From positions 37,995 through 101,994 of the forward strand of contig JAIYCS010000018.1 of assembly GCA_027487895.1 (NCBI GenBank): a stretch of 64,000 bases of DNA, given 5' to 3'. Shown in pieces: positions 48,301 through 57,335 of the stretch. This stretch comes from Sediminibacterium sp. Its GTDB lineage: Bacteria > Bacteroidota > Bacteroidia > Chitinophagales > Chitinophagaceae. Position 1 is the stretch's first letter, and each line of letters begins with the position of its first letter. The notes under the pieces are model-generated. The model was not told the origin of the DNA and searched no databases. It saw only the letters and a list, made by a program, of their open reading frames with translations. The position numbers were made by a program, and so were the translations under genes.

Positions 48301-48730
48301 CTTTTGCAATCCCTTCTTTAACTTGTTTTTTTAAATTGGCATGGTTGCCATCAAAGTAAACTACAATTTTATTGTTTACAAGTTTGGTTAATCCGCCAGC
48401 ACTTTGCCAATCAGATCCAAGTCCTATATTGCTGCTCTTATAATCTTCATAGTTACTATACACAATGATATTGGCCCTACGTTGCAAAGAATATTCTACA
48501 AAATTTTCAATAGCGCCTAATTCCTGTTCGGCTACCTGTGCTACAAATTGACCAAGCGCCACACCTCCCTGCGAAGTATAGGTGTTAAAATTGGGTGATT
48601 GATGAAACTTCCACACCAGTTTTTTATACTGAACTCTATTTTTACCAAACTCTACAGCATTCACCTGTGCCTGACCAAAAACAGCCAAACTACTCATGAT
48701 AAAAATTAGTCCTATTCTTTTCAATTTCAT
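45377..48730 (-). CDS. large outer-membrane protein: PD40/TolB-like repeats plus a C-terminal Omp85-type beta-barrel
   Basis: 1117 aa with a signal peptide ending FGQAQ. PD40-like blades are present (HTDIYTYKIEENQLTQFTDDVYDDLHPSF, ILFSSNRP). Barrel motifs NMRGY...NSEFRLPLF and a terminal YYFSLGFDF. Confidence 0.7.
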   Translation of the reverse strand: MKLKRIGLIFIMSSLAVFGQAQVNAVEFGKNRVQYKKLVWKFHQSPNFNTYTSQGGVALGQFVAQVAEQELGAIENFVEYSLQRRANIIVYSNYEDYKSSNIGLGSDWQSAGGLTKLVNNKIVVYFDGNHANLKKQVKEGIAKVLSDNLLFGEDIGEFASNQALLDLPKWMLDGYVMYAAENWSVEKDDALKSAMLSGRYNTFYQFAFDKPTLAGHAFWHYIGVKYRKENITYLLYLARIYKNLNSAFLKVCKKKFKEVLSEFMEYEQDKYAKDIRQRKNSPKGQLNISEDVSKKDYFRFQANPNPKSNNYAVVEFNRGIYSVKLMENFYDGRVLLKSGVRTNQGDINPNYPIMAWDNKGTKLLVIYSEENSIKMFVYDVVTRIKRFKQKIAGIDQILDASFMLDGNNVVMSAVNKGHTDIYTYKIEENQLTQFTDDVYDDLHPSFVSFPNKSGILFSSNRPNPYAPSADTAIPSRYHFNVFMVDYLNSSKNKQITQLTNLKYGNASYPMGYNTNHFTFVADENGVGNRWAGFFATQRNGLDTLYHIGDDMLRNASPKEIDSTLNAWQKEKPDSISFFQVYKDSTYTFPITNYQSSLLETRIAGDKGQVSEVRREGDYKFLYKLRVDSIALKKRNLNLRPTTFMKKVMDDIRAEEGKAIVYKKTKDTSSLANLFQSEFSDEPTDSFSVKRAEILSAKAKNILSDSKLFDYRLKFSSDYILSGFSNNLLLNRYQPYAGGAGPIQLNNGNNFNFNLRIGTSDLLEDHKFMGGIRFGTDLKDKDIIFSYQNFKKRLDWGFTYYRSNVTNYFNSPYTNMLITNLYQGNVAYPFNEVKSLRATFGLRVDRGILKSYDNSIGYPDPGALAYPDTVSKFVVSRIEYVHDNTINPTQNIWNGLRYKVFFDINMPTLKTEMNNGKATLNLGFDARYYYKIYRNFIWAGRAAADFSWGGQKIIYYLGGVDSWINPKFNGQNFPAQDQTYAFQSLAVNMRGYQQNIANGNNAFVINSEFRLPLFATILNRPINNAFLRNFQITQFIDLGTAWNGKYNGIKRPGDVITDINSPVVVKLDAGGLGPFAGGYGFGVRSTLLGYFMKLDAAWPMKGVFKGKPLYYFSLGFDF

Positions 48731-48790
48731 ATCCGAACTTTAGTGTTTTAAAATTAGTCAATTACCTTGTAAAATTTTCATAAAACGCGC

Positions 48791-49426
48791 ATGATCCACA
48801 TCAAAGCCTTCACTTTTAGCCCAATTTCAGAAAATACCTATGTTTTATACAACGATGCGGGCAAAGCTGTCATTATTGACCCCGGTTGTTACTTCCCCGC
48901 CGAAGAAGAAACCCTACAAAACTTTATAACAGATAAGGGTTTAACACCCGTTTCCCTGCTCAATACCCATTGTCACCTCGACCATGTGTTTGGTAACAAA
49001 TGGGTGCATGAAACCTATGGTTTAGAACTTCATGTGCACCCCAATGAAGCGCCTATGTTAGACCTGGCACCAATGTCTGGTGAGCGCTGGGGATTGCCAT
49101 TTCAAAACTATACGGGTCCACTGCATTTTTTAAATGATGGAGACAAAGTGTTTTTAGATGATACCGAAATCCAAGTGATTCTAGCGCCTGGACATTCACC
49201 CGGAAGTATTTGTTTTTACCTGCCTAGTCAAGGTGATTTAATAGGTGGCGATGTTTTATTTAGAGGAAGTATTGGTAGAACCGATTTGCCTGGTGGCGAC
49301 ACTGATACCTTGTTAAACAGTATCCGCGAAAAGCTTTGGGTACTTCCAGATGAAACCGTTGTTTACTCGGGTCATGGAATAAAAACTACGATTGGATACG
49401 AAAAAAGAAACAACCCATTTTTGTAA
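48791..49426 (+). CDS. MBL-fold metallo-hydrolase (glyoxalase II-like)
   Basis: HCHLDH motif, APGHSPGS and GRTDLPGGD blocks. 211 aa. Confidence 0.85.
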   Translation: MIHIKAFTFSPISENTYVLYNDAGKAVIIDPGCYFPAEEETLQNFITDKGLTPVSLLNTHCHLDHVFGNKWVHETYGLELHVHPNEAPMLDLAPMSGERWGLPFQNYTGPLHFLNDGDKVFLDDTEIQVILAPGHSPGSICFYLPSQGDLIGGDVLFRGSIGRTDLPGGDTDTLLNSIREKLWVLPDETVVYSGHGIKTTIGYEKRNNPFL

Positions 49427-49434
49427 ACCCAATG

Positions 49435-51597
49435 TTATCTAACGCTGTAGGTTTTTAACAGCATAAGTCCCATGTTTTTATAGGGTGGTATGTAATCTTG
49501 AAAACTGATTTTTGCTTCGCCTTTTAGCAGGTCATTCATTTGTTTCCAAATGTCCTGCCAGTGTAGGCCCTGACCACTTTCAAGCTCTTCTGCTATTTTG
49601 CTTAAAAGTGCCGCATTGATGACGCCTTTGCCAATTTGTTTGCTCGCAATAATTTGGGCATTGGGAGCACGACTTAACACCGCCGATAATTTTTGATATC
49701 CTCCACAACTCCCTAGTAGCACAAGTTTGGCACTGCTATCAATGTTTGCAATGGTATGGTTTGCATAATAACTATGACCTCTATGAATAATGATGCTAGG
49801 TGTTATATATTCCGCTCTTAAGTGTGCCGTTAAACTGTCTTGTGCTTTTAAATCCAATTCGTTTTTTTCATCGAGCGGTTTATTTGCATAAATGCTCACT
49901 CTGCCATTTGCACTCGTTACACTAATCCAGTATTTTTTTTGAGTTATTTTCCAGCCTGGCTTATTAAAACGATTTATAAAAGCATTGAATATTTGTATGC
50001 CATCGGTATCTCCATAAAAATACTGTTTGATTACTACGTTTTTTTCATTGTCACGAAGCGTATTAAAATCAAGTTGTCTAAAAGAATGTTGTAGCGCTTC
50101 AATTGCAGGGTTTGTATTTTTATCTTGAATTACAGCTGTGCAAAGTGCATCTAGTGTTTGGTATAATTTGCTCTCATTGTATTTTCTTATTTCTGATAGC
50201 AATAAATGTTGAAGGCTTGTATCTGAAATACTCGAAAATGCGTCAGCTACATCTACGGCGTCTTCGATTGTAGGCGCAATATCTAAATCACGAACAAAAT
50301 TACGCATGAGATCACTACTAGCTTCACCAGGCATTTGCGATAAAAAATGTTGCAGCACATTGTAATTAGCAGTTACTGCAATAAATTTTTTAAAAAAATC
50401 TTGATGAACAAGGGCTAGTAAATCACTTGTATTTTTACCAGCCATTTTTTTGATAATGAGTGGATAAACGCCTGATACAAAACTAGAAGTATAGAGTTCA
50501 TTAGCCCCAAGTACTGTGATGTAGTATAGTTCCTGCGGTGTTAAATTCGCTAATTTTTTAAACCGAATTGTAGTTGATTGAGTTTGATGTAAGCCATTGA
50601 TATCATTGACATATAGCTCCATTACGAGGCTTTTTAGCTTTGTCAAAAGTGCCGTTTCAGCTACTAAAAACTTACCTTCTTTTTTTCTTTGTACCTGCAT
50701 TATGCGGGTGTCTACAAGTAGTTTAAAATAATTTTGGGTTTGATCTTCTGGTATCAGTGGCGTTATGGTATCGATACTTAATGTACTAGTATAGAGTTCG
50801 TCTAAAAATGGAAAATAGTAGCGCCCAGTTTTCATGTAAGCTAGTCTGCCAATCCATCTAACAAGTGGATGGTTAATAGATTGAATCTTTTTTCCAAGTG
50901 CACTTGGAGCAGCAGCGTAATTGTACACCATTTCTGCATTGTTAAATGCGGCAGCAATAAGTAAACTATCGGCATATCTATTGCTAGAAATTTCGGCGCC
51001 CTGCTTATCTAATATTTGCAAGATTTGATCCGGAAAATTTTGACATTTATTTAAAATCAATTGATCTCTGGCAGCTGCATAGCCAATATTATCTGTGAAA
51101 GAACCTGTTGATAGTAAAATATTTGCTACTGTATTATTTTCATTTTTTATTACCTCACTTATAGTAAGCCCTCTTGCGCTCAGTTGCATGGCGCCCGTAT
51201 ATGCACGAAATGCATTTACCACTTCCGCTGTATTTATTTTATTTGTTTTGAGTCCTGCATGTAATTCAAATAATAAATTGTTGATGCCCCTAAGCCACTT
51301 AAATTTTTCATTGTCACTAAGTGCGGTATTTGTTTCGATCCACTTTCTATTCTCAAAAATTTGAAGGCGTATGCTTTGGATTGTAGACGTATCTTTTACA
51401 ATGGAAGGGTTTCGAATTAAACTTTGTTCGCTATTTTGGATATAGTCATGACTTAACTGCCTAATGGTAGGAATGGGCGGCATTGTTAAACCTAGCTCAG
51501 TGCTTTGAGCGGCTAGGTTCATACTGTAAAGTATGGCCATAAGCCAAAAGCCTATTTGAATGCAAGTAGCTTTGTATATGGTACCCTCATTTTTCAT
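49435..51597 (-). CDS. hypothetical exported or membrane-anchored protein, 720 aa, no recognised family
   Basis: Long uninterrupted ORF with an ATG start and an N-terminal hydrophobic segment IQIGFWLMAILYSMNLAAQ. The C-terminal region has IIIHRGHSY and LVLLGSCGGYQ motifs (see findings). Confidence 0.7.
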   Translation of the reverse strand: MKNEGTIYKATCIQIGFWLMAILYSMNLAAQSTELGLTMPPIPTIRQLSHDYIQNSEQSLIRNPSIVKDTSTIQSIRLQIFENRKWIETNTALSDNEKFKWLRGINNLLFELHAGLKTNKINTAEVVNAFRAYTGAMQLSARGLTISEVIKNENNTVANILLSTGSFTDNIGYAAARDQLILNKCQNFPDQILQILDKQGAEISSNRYADSLLIAAAFNNAEMVYNYAAAPSALGKKIQSINHPLVRWIGRLAYMKTGRYYFPFLDELYTSTLSIDTITPLIPEDQTQNYFKLLVDTRIMQVQRKKEGKFLVAETALLTKLKSLVMELYVNDINGLHQTQSTTIRFKKLANLTPQELYYITVLGANELYTSSFVSGVYPLIIKKMAGKNTSDLLALVHQDFFKKFIAVTANYNVLQHFLSQMPGEASSDLMRNFVRDLDIAPTIEDAVDVADAFSSISDTSLQHLLLSEIRKYNESKLYQTLDALCTAVIQDKNTNPAIEALQHSFRQLDFNTLRDNEKNVVIKQYFYGDTDGIQIFNAFINRFNKPGWKITQKKYWISVTSANGRVSIYANKPLDEKNELDLKAQDSLTAHLRAEYITPSIIIHRGHSYYANHTIANIDSSAKLVLLGSCGGYQKLSAVLSRAPNAQIIASKQIGKGVINAALLSKIAEELESGQGLHWQDIWKQMNDLLKGEAKISFQDYIPPYKNMGLMLLKTYSVR

Positions 51598-51718
51598 TTG
51601 AAATCTCGTAAAAATACAACCTTAAATACCAGTTAGATCCTAATTTTGTTGAATTGGTGTTAAAAGGCTTAACAATTACATAATATTCCTAAAAGACCCC
51701 TTTACCGCTCAAAAAAAT

Positions 51719-51726
51719 TAGATTTG
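51719..51726 (+). promoter_or_regulatory. candidate -7 box (TAnnTTTG) for the two-component operon
   Basis: TAGATTTG lies 19 nt upstream of the ATG at 51746. Confidence 0.4.
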
Positions 51727-51745
51727 CTTAAATTTTACTTAAGTT

Positions 51746-52432
51746 ATGGCTGCTGCCCCCACTAAAAAAATATTGATTGCCGACGACGAACCCGATATTT
51801 TAGAAATAGTAGGCTATAATTTACAAAAAGAAGGCTACGAAGTTCACACCGCAAAAAATGGCGACGAAGCCGTAGACCTTGCAAAAAAAATCAAACCCGA
51901 TTTATTAATCCTTGATATCATGATGCCCAAAAAAACGGGCATCGAAGTTTGTCAATTGTTGCGTGCACAAACAGCCTTTAAAGAAACACTCATTATTTTT
52001 TTAACGGCAATGAGTGACGAAGCGTCTCAAATATCAGGGCTCGAAATTGGGGCAGATGATTATGTGAACAAACCCATCTCGCCAAAAGTGTTGGTGAGCC
52101 GGGTGAATGCATTATTTAGAAGGGTATTACCAAAAGAAACCTCGAGCGTATTACAATTTGGTTCGATGCAAATTGATACTGTAAAATTTATGGTAACCAT
52201 TGCTGGAGATGAAAAAGTACTCGCTAAAAAAGAGTTTGAACTGCTTCATTTATTAGCCTCTAGGCCAGGTCGTGTTTTTTTACGCAATGAAATTCTTTCT
52301 CAAATTTGGGGCAACGAGGTAATTGTGGGTGACCGCACCATCGATGTGCATATCAGAAAAATCAGACAAAAATTAGGGGTCGATTGTATTACCACTGTTA
52401 AAGGGGTGGGATATAAGTTTGATTTACCTTAA
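51746..52432 (+). CDS. OmpR/PhoB-family response regulator
   Basis: Receiver domain (DDEPD, LLILDIMMP, KP) plus a winged-helix C-domain (RTIDVHIRKIRQKL...GVGYKF). Confidence 0.92.
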   Translation: MAAAPTKKILIADDEPDILEIVGYNLQKEGYEVHTAKNGDEAVDLAKKIKPDLLILDIMMPKKTGIEVCQLLRAQTAFKETLIIFLTAMSDEASQISGLEIGADDYVNKPISPKVLVSRVNALFRRVLPKETSSVLQFGSMQIDTVKFMVTIAGDEKVLAKKEFELLHLLASRPGRVFLRNEILSQIWGNEVIVGDRTIDVHIRKIRQKLGVDCITTVKGVGYKFDLP

Positions 52433-52440
52433 TTTGCAGC

Positions 52441-53478
52441 ATGAAAAACCTTTCCATTCAGCAGTTGGCAGCTTTTGCTGCGGCTATTATAGCGCTTGGA
52501 TTTTCATTGACCATTGGTTTTATTTACCATAGTTGGTTACGATTTTCTGTCACTTTTTTTTGTAGTTGGATTATCTCTTATCTATTGATTAGATATGTCT
52601 TTGAAATTTTCGTGAACCGAAAAATCAAACTCATTTACAAGCTTATTTATCAAACAAAGGCAACAAAAAGAGAAGAAACTTATTTCAAGTATATTTTACC
52701 TCAAAAAAAATTGGATGAAGTTGGCGATGAAGTGGCACAATGGGCTGAGCAGCGTAGTGCCGAAATCGAACAACTAAAAACCAACGAAAACTACCGTAAA
52801 GAGTTTTTACAAAATTTATCCCACGAAATTAAAACGCCCATTTTTGCCATTCAGGGCTATGTAGACACCCTACTAGATGGAGCTCTCGATAATCCGGAAA
52901 CAGCTGTACGCTTTTTAAAAAATACGTCTAAAAATGTAGACCGGATGGTGAACCTGGTAAAAGATCTAGACGAAATAGCAAAACTTGAAATGGGTGAGCA
53001 GCCCCTCAATAAAAATTTATTTGTTGTTCAAGAATTGATCAAAGAAGTGTTTGAGGCATTGTCAATTAAGGCGGCCAAACAAAATATCACTTGTAGTTTC
53101 AAAAAAGGATCGGAAGGTCAAACAACTGTATTTGCAGATAAAGAAAAAATTAGACAGGTACTTAATAATTTGGTTGTAAACGCAACAAAATATGGAAAGC
53201 AGGATGGTTCCATAGTAGCAAGTGTTTACAAAACCGACGAAGACCATGTACTCATCGAAATAAGTGATGATGGTATTGGAATTGCCGAAGAGCATTTGCC
53301 ACGCATTTTTGAACGTTTTTACAGAACAGATAAAGGGCGCAGCAGAGACGCTGGTGGTGCAGGTATTGGACTTGCTATTTGTAAGCATGTTATAGAAGCG
53401 CATGGCCAAACCATTCATGTGCGTAGTAAATTAGAAATTGGAACTACTATTGGATTTACGCTTGCAACAACTGCATAA
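52441..53478 (+). CDS. sensor histidine kinase with minimal extracytoplasmic loop
   Basis: Two N-terminal TM spans separated by about 5 residues. H-box SHEIKTP, N box NLVVNATKYG, G1 DDGIGI and G2 GAGIGLAI. Confidence 0.9.
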   Translation: MKNLSIQQLAAFAAAIIALGFSLTIGFIYHSWLRFSVTFFCSWIISYLLIRYVFEIFVNRKIKLIYKLIYQTKATKREETYFKYILPQKKLDEVGDEVAQWAEQRSAEIEQLKTNENYRKEFLQNLSHEIKTPIFAIQGYVDTLLDGALDNPETAVRFLKNTSKNVDRMVNLVKDLDEIAKLEMGEQPLNKNLFVVQELIKEVFEALSIKAAKQNITCSFKKGSEGQTTVFADKEKIRQVLNNLVVNATKYGKQDGSIVASVYKTDEDHVLIEISDDGIGIAEEHLPRIFERFYRTDKGRSRDAGGAGIGLAICKHVIEAHGQTIHVRSKLEIGTTIGFTLATTA

Positions 53479-53534
53479 TTCTTTTCTTATTTTGCCTATC
53501 TCTGCCTAATTTGCATCTATAATACATAGATGTA

Positions 53535-54572
53535 ATGGCAAAAATTTTAGTAACAGGCGGTTGTGGTTATATTGGTTCACATACCATTGTAGATTTATTA
53601 GCAAATGGGTTTGAAGTTATCTCCATCGACAACCATGCTAGGTCTAGTAATTACGCCATTGCAGCGATCGAAAAAATTACAGGAACGCGTATCAAAAACT
53701 ACGAGGTAGATCTAAAAAGCTTTGATGATACTTTGGCTGTTTTTCAGGAAAACCCGGACATCGCTGGTATCATTCACTTTGCGGCGTATAAGGCCGTTGG
53801 CGAATCGGTAGAGGAGCCACTATTTTATTACGAAAACAATATTGGATCACTTGTAAATGTTTTAAAGTGCGTTCAAGAATTTGATATTCCTCATTTTGTA
53901 TTTTCTTCATCTTGTACGGTGTATGGTAACCCTGACGCTTCTCCTGTTACCGAAAATTCGGAGGTTAAAAAAGCAGAGTCGCCCTATGGTGCTACCAAAC
54001 AAATGGGCGAAGAAATACTTCGAAACATAGCAGCAGCAGGCGGTGCCAACGTTATTTTACTACGTTATTTTAATCCAGTAGGTGCACACCCTTCTGCACT
54101 GATTGGCGAACTTCCAATTGGTCGACCACAAAATTTAGTGCCTGCTATTACACAAACTGCCATTGGCAAACTTCCAAAAATGATGGTGTATGGTAATGAT
54201 TATCCTACCCGTGATGGAAGCTGTATTAGAGACTATATTCATGTATGTGATATTGCCAGTGCACATACACTCGCTTTGCAATATTTATTAGCAGAAAAAA
54301 ATACGGATGCCTGCGAAGTATTTAATTTAGGCACGGGTAATGGTATTTCTGTTCTTGAAGCCATCACTACTTTTGAAGCAGTAAGTGGCACTACATTAAA
54401 TTATGAAATTGGCCCGCGTAGGGCTGGTGATATTGTGGCCATTTATGCCAACAATGAAAAAGCCATCAATAAATTAGGATGGAAAATTAATTATACCATC
54501 GAAGATATGATGCGTACAGCTTGGGCTTGGGAAAAAGAGGTACAACTAAAAGAGTCGATTGTAAAAAACTAA
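53535..54572 (+). CDS. galE: UDP-glucose 4-epimerase
   Basis: GGCGYIGSH NAD-binding motif, YGATK catalytic YxxxK and full-length GalE blocks. Confidence 0.93.
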   Translation: MAKILVTGGCGYIGSHTIVDLLANGFEVISIDNHARSSNYAIAAIEKITGTRIKNYEVDLKSFDDTLAVFQENPDIAGIIHFAAYKAVGESVEEPLFYYENNIGSLVNVLKCVQEFDIPHFVFSSSCTVYGNPDASPVTENSEVKKAESPYGATKQMGEEILRNIAAAGGANVILLRYFNPVGAHPSALIGELPIGRPQNLVPAITQTAIGKLPKMMVYGNDYPTRDGSCIRDYIHVCDIASAHTLALQYLLAEKNTDACEVFNLGTGNGISVLEAITTFEAVSGTTLNYEIGPRRAGDIVAIYANNEKAINKLGWKINYTIEDMMRTAWAWEKEVQLKESIVKN

Positions 54573-55634
54573 TTATTGTACGAGCATTTTTTCGGCGTTT
54601 TCGGCCATTTGTAAAGCCTCAATAAATTCTTCAATTTCACCTCCAATAACAGCGTCTAAATTGTACGATGTTAAACCAATGCGGTGGTCTGTAACCCTAC
54701 CCTGTGGCCAGTTGTAGGTTCTTATTTTAGCACTTCTATCGCCGGTACTAACAAGTGTTTTACGCCTTGTGGAAATTTCTTCTTCTTGTTTGCGTACCTG
54801 CTCTTCGTATAATTTTGTACGAAGCATGTTCATGGCTTTTTCGCGGTTACCAAGTTGCGAACGCTCCGTTTGACAAACTACTACAACACCGGTAGGGATA
54901 TGCGTTAAAAAAACTTTTGTTTCTACTTTGTTTACGTTTTGTCCACCAGCACCACCACTACGTGCGGTTTCCATTTTTACATCACTCTCTTTTAATTCAA
55001 AATCCACTTCTTCTGCTTCGGGCATTACTGCAACTGTTGCAGCGGATGTATGCACGCGACCTTGTGTTTCTGTGTTAGGAACCCTTTGTACGCGGTGTAC
55101 GCCACTTTCAAATTTTAGAGTGCCATATACATCTTCACCGGTTACTTCTAATATTACTTCTTTGTAGCCACCAACAGTACCTTCACTTTCACTCACCACG
55201 GCTGTTTTCCAACCTTTTTTAGCACAGTAACGTAAGTACATGCCTAGTAAATCTCCTGCAAACAAACTGGCTTCGTCTCCACCGGTTCCTGCTCTAATTT
55301 CTAAGATGGCATTTTTATCGTCCTGAGGATCTTTAGGAATTAATAGTTTGGTTAATAACGCTTCTAGTTCCTCTTTTTTTATTTCTAAATCAGGTAATTC
55401 CATTTTAGCCAACTCGCGCATATCTTCATCACTGCTATTTTGGCTCTCTTTAGCAAAACTATAATCGGCAAGTACGCGAACGTAGGCTTCGTAAGGCTGT
55501 ACGATTTTTTCCAAAGAACGATACTCCTTACTGTAGGCCCCAAATTGTTTTTGGTCATTGATGATTTCGGGATTGGTAAGGGCAATACCTACCTGGTCAA
55601 AACGGGCTTTTATGGCTTCTAACTTATCGAGCAT
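54573..55634 (-). CDS. prfA: peptide chain release factor 1
   Basis: GGQ motif ([14 protein letters not shown]) and [18 protein letters not shown] (RF1-type tripeptide region). No frameshift site of the kind found in prfB. Confidence 0.93.
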   Translation of the reverse strand: MLDKLEAIKARFDQVGIALTNPEIINDQKQFGAYSKEYRSLEKIVQPYEAYVRVLADYSFAKESQNSSDEDMRELAKMELPDLEIKKEELEALLTKLLIPKDPQDDKNAILEIRAGTGGDEASLFAGDLLGMYLRYCAKKGWKTAVVSESEGTVGGYKEVILEVTGEDVYGTLKFESGVHRVQRVPNTETQGRVHTSAATVAVMPEAEEVDFELKESDVKMETARSGGAGGQNVNKVETKVFLTHIPTGVVVVCQTERSQLGNREKAMNMLRTKLYEEQVRKQEEEISTRRKTLVSTGDRSAKIRTYNWPQGRVTDHRIGLTSYNLDAVIGGEIEEFIEALQMAENAEKMLVQ

Positions 55635-55660
55635 AGCTTATTTCAGTTCTCTTTGGAGGG

Positions 55661-55668
55661 CAAATTTA
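55661..55668 (-). promoter_or_regulatory. candidate -7 box (TAnnTTTG) for prfA
   Basis: The minus strand reads TAAATTTG, 26 nt upstream of the ATG at 55634. Confidence 0.4.
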
Positions 55669-55740
55669 CGTTATTCAGGTGGAGATTTTCAACCTAAATG
55701 AGCCTAAAGAATACTTATCTTCCCGTATAATTTTAGGTAT

Positions 55741-57321
55741 ATGCGTAATAAACTGTCTTTGGTTCTGTTTTTAATTGCTTTTGTAACTGTTTCGGTTGGG
55801 GCTCAAATGCCTGGCCAAACGGCTGATATCCTTATTAAAAATGCCAAAATTTTGGATGGTACAGGAAACTCGTGGTTTTATGGCGATATCGCAGTAAGTG
55901 GCGGTAAAATTTTGCAGATAGGAAAATTGAGTGGGTGGAATGCTAAAAAAGTGATTGATGCAACCGGACTCGTAGCAGCGCCCGGTTTTATTGATGTGCA
56001 TACCCACATCGAAGGAGATGAAGTGAAAAATCCAGAAGCCACTAATTTTATTTATGATGGCGTTACAACGGTTATAACAGGTAACTGCGGTTCGTCAGAT
56101 GCAAACATTGGGAGGTACCTGCGTAAAATTGATAGCTTACAAACATCAGTAAATGTAGCGGCACTTGTTGGACACAATGATGTTAGAAAAAAAGTAATGG
56201 GAAGAGCCAGCAGAAATCCTACCGAAGAAGAAATGCAGGCCATGGAAACCATTGTTGACAAAGCCATGCGTGATGGAGCTGTTGGTATGAGTACCGGTCT
56301 TATTTATATTCCGGGCACTTATTCTACCACCGAAGAAATTGTTCGTTTAGCAAAAGTTGCAGCAAAATATAATGGCGTTTATGCATCACATATGCGTGAT
56401 GAAGGTGATAGTGTGGTGGCCGCCATCGAAGAAGCTTTGTACATTGGCAGTACTGCAAATTTGCCTGTGCAAATTTCTCATTTCAAAGTAAGCGGTCAAC
56501 AAAACTGGGGCCGTAGCGCCGAAACCTTACCGCTCATTTTAAATGCGCGAAAAAATGGCCTTGATGTAACCATCGATCAATATCCGTACACAGCAAGTAG
56601 CACTTCATTAAGTACACTCATGCCAGACTGGGTACTTGCCGATGGTCAAGACTCAATAGTAGCAAGGCTTGCAAACCCTGCTATCAGAAAAGAAGTAGCT
56701 AATTATATGTTAGCGCGACTTGCGAAAAGAAAGCTTAAGCACTTTAGTTATCCGGTGGTTGCCTACTTTGCAAAAGACACGACACTCAATGGAAAAAGCA
56801 TCGAAGAAGTGAATTTATTTTTAGGAAATAAGCATACTGCTAAACAGGAAGCAGAAACGATAATTCAGATGATGGAAAAGGGCGGCGCGTCTATGGTATT
56901 TCATGGCATGAGTGAATCAGACATTAAAGCCATTATGCGTTATCCATTTAATATGTTTGCTTCTGATGCAAGTATTAGGGTATACAATGAAGGGAATCCG
57001 CATCCAAGAGGTTATGGTACCAATGCAAGGGTGTTAAAAAAATATGTGCGTGAAGAAAATGTTATTGGATTAGAAGAAGCAGTGCGCCGCATGACTTCAC
57101 TGCCTGCACAAAAATTTGGCTTTACAAATAGAGGGTTGCTTCGTCAAAATTTTGCTGCAGATATTGTTTTATTTAATGAAGCAGAAGTTGGCGACAAATC
57201 CGAATATAAAAATCCGCATCAATACGCTGTAGGGTTTAATTACGTGATTGTAAATGGCGTTGTTACCGTTGATGCAGGCGTGCACACGGGAGCTAGGGCA
57301 GGCGTAGCTATTAGAAAATAG
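55741..57321 (+). CDS. exported amidohydrolase, N-acyl-D-amino-acid deacylase (D-aminoacylase) family
   Basis: Signal peptide. FIDVHTHIE metal-binding HxH and family-length blocks (GMSTGLIYIPG, ISHFK, DQYPY). Confidence 0.85.
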   Translation: MRNKLSLVLFLIAFVTVSVGAQMPGQTADILIKNAKILDGTGNSWFYGDIAVSGGKILQIGKLSGWNAKKVIDATGLVAAPGFIDVHTHIEGDEVKNPEATNFIYDGVTTVITGNCGSSDANIGRYLRKIDSLQTSVNVAALVGHNDVRKKVMGRASRNPTEEEMQAMETIVDKAMRDGAVGMSTGLIYIPGTYSTTEEIVRLAKVAAKYNGVYASHMRDEGDSVVAAIEEALYIGSTANLPVQISHFKVSGQQNWGRSAETLPLILNARKNGLDVTIDQYPYTASSTSLSTLMPDWVLADGQDSIVARLANPAIRKEVANYMLARLAKRKLKHFSYPVVAYFAKDTTLNGKSIEEVNLFLGNKHTAKQEAETIIQMMEKGGASMVFHGMSESDIKAIMRYPFNMFASDASIRVYNEGNPHPRGYGTNARVLKKYVREENVIGLEEAVRRMTSLPAQKFGFTNRGLLRQNFAADIVLFNEAEVGDKSEYKNPHQYAVGFNYVIVNGVVTVDAGVHTGARAGVAIRK

Positions 57322-57335
57322 TTATTCTTGAATAT

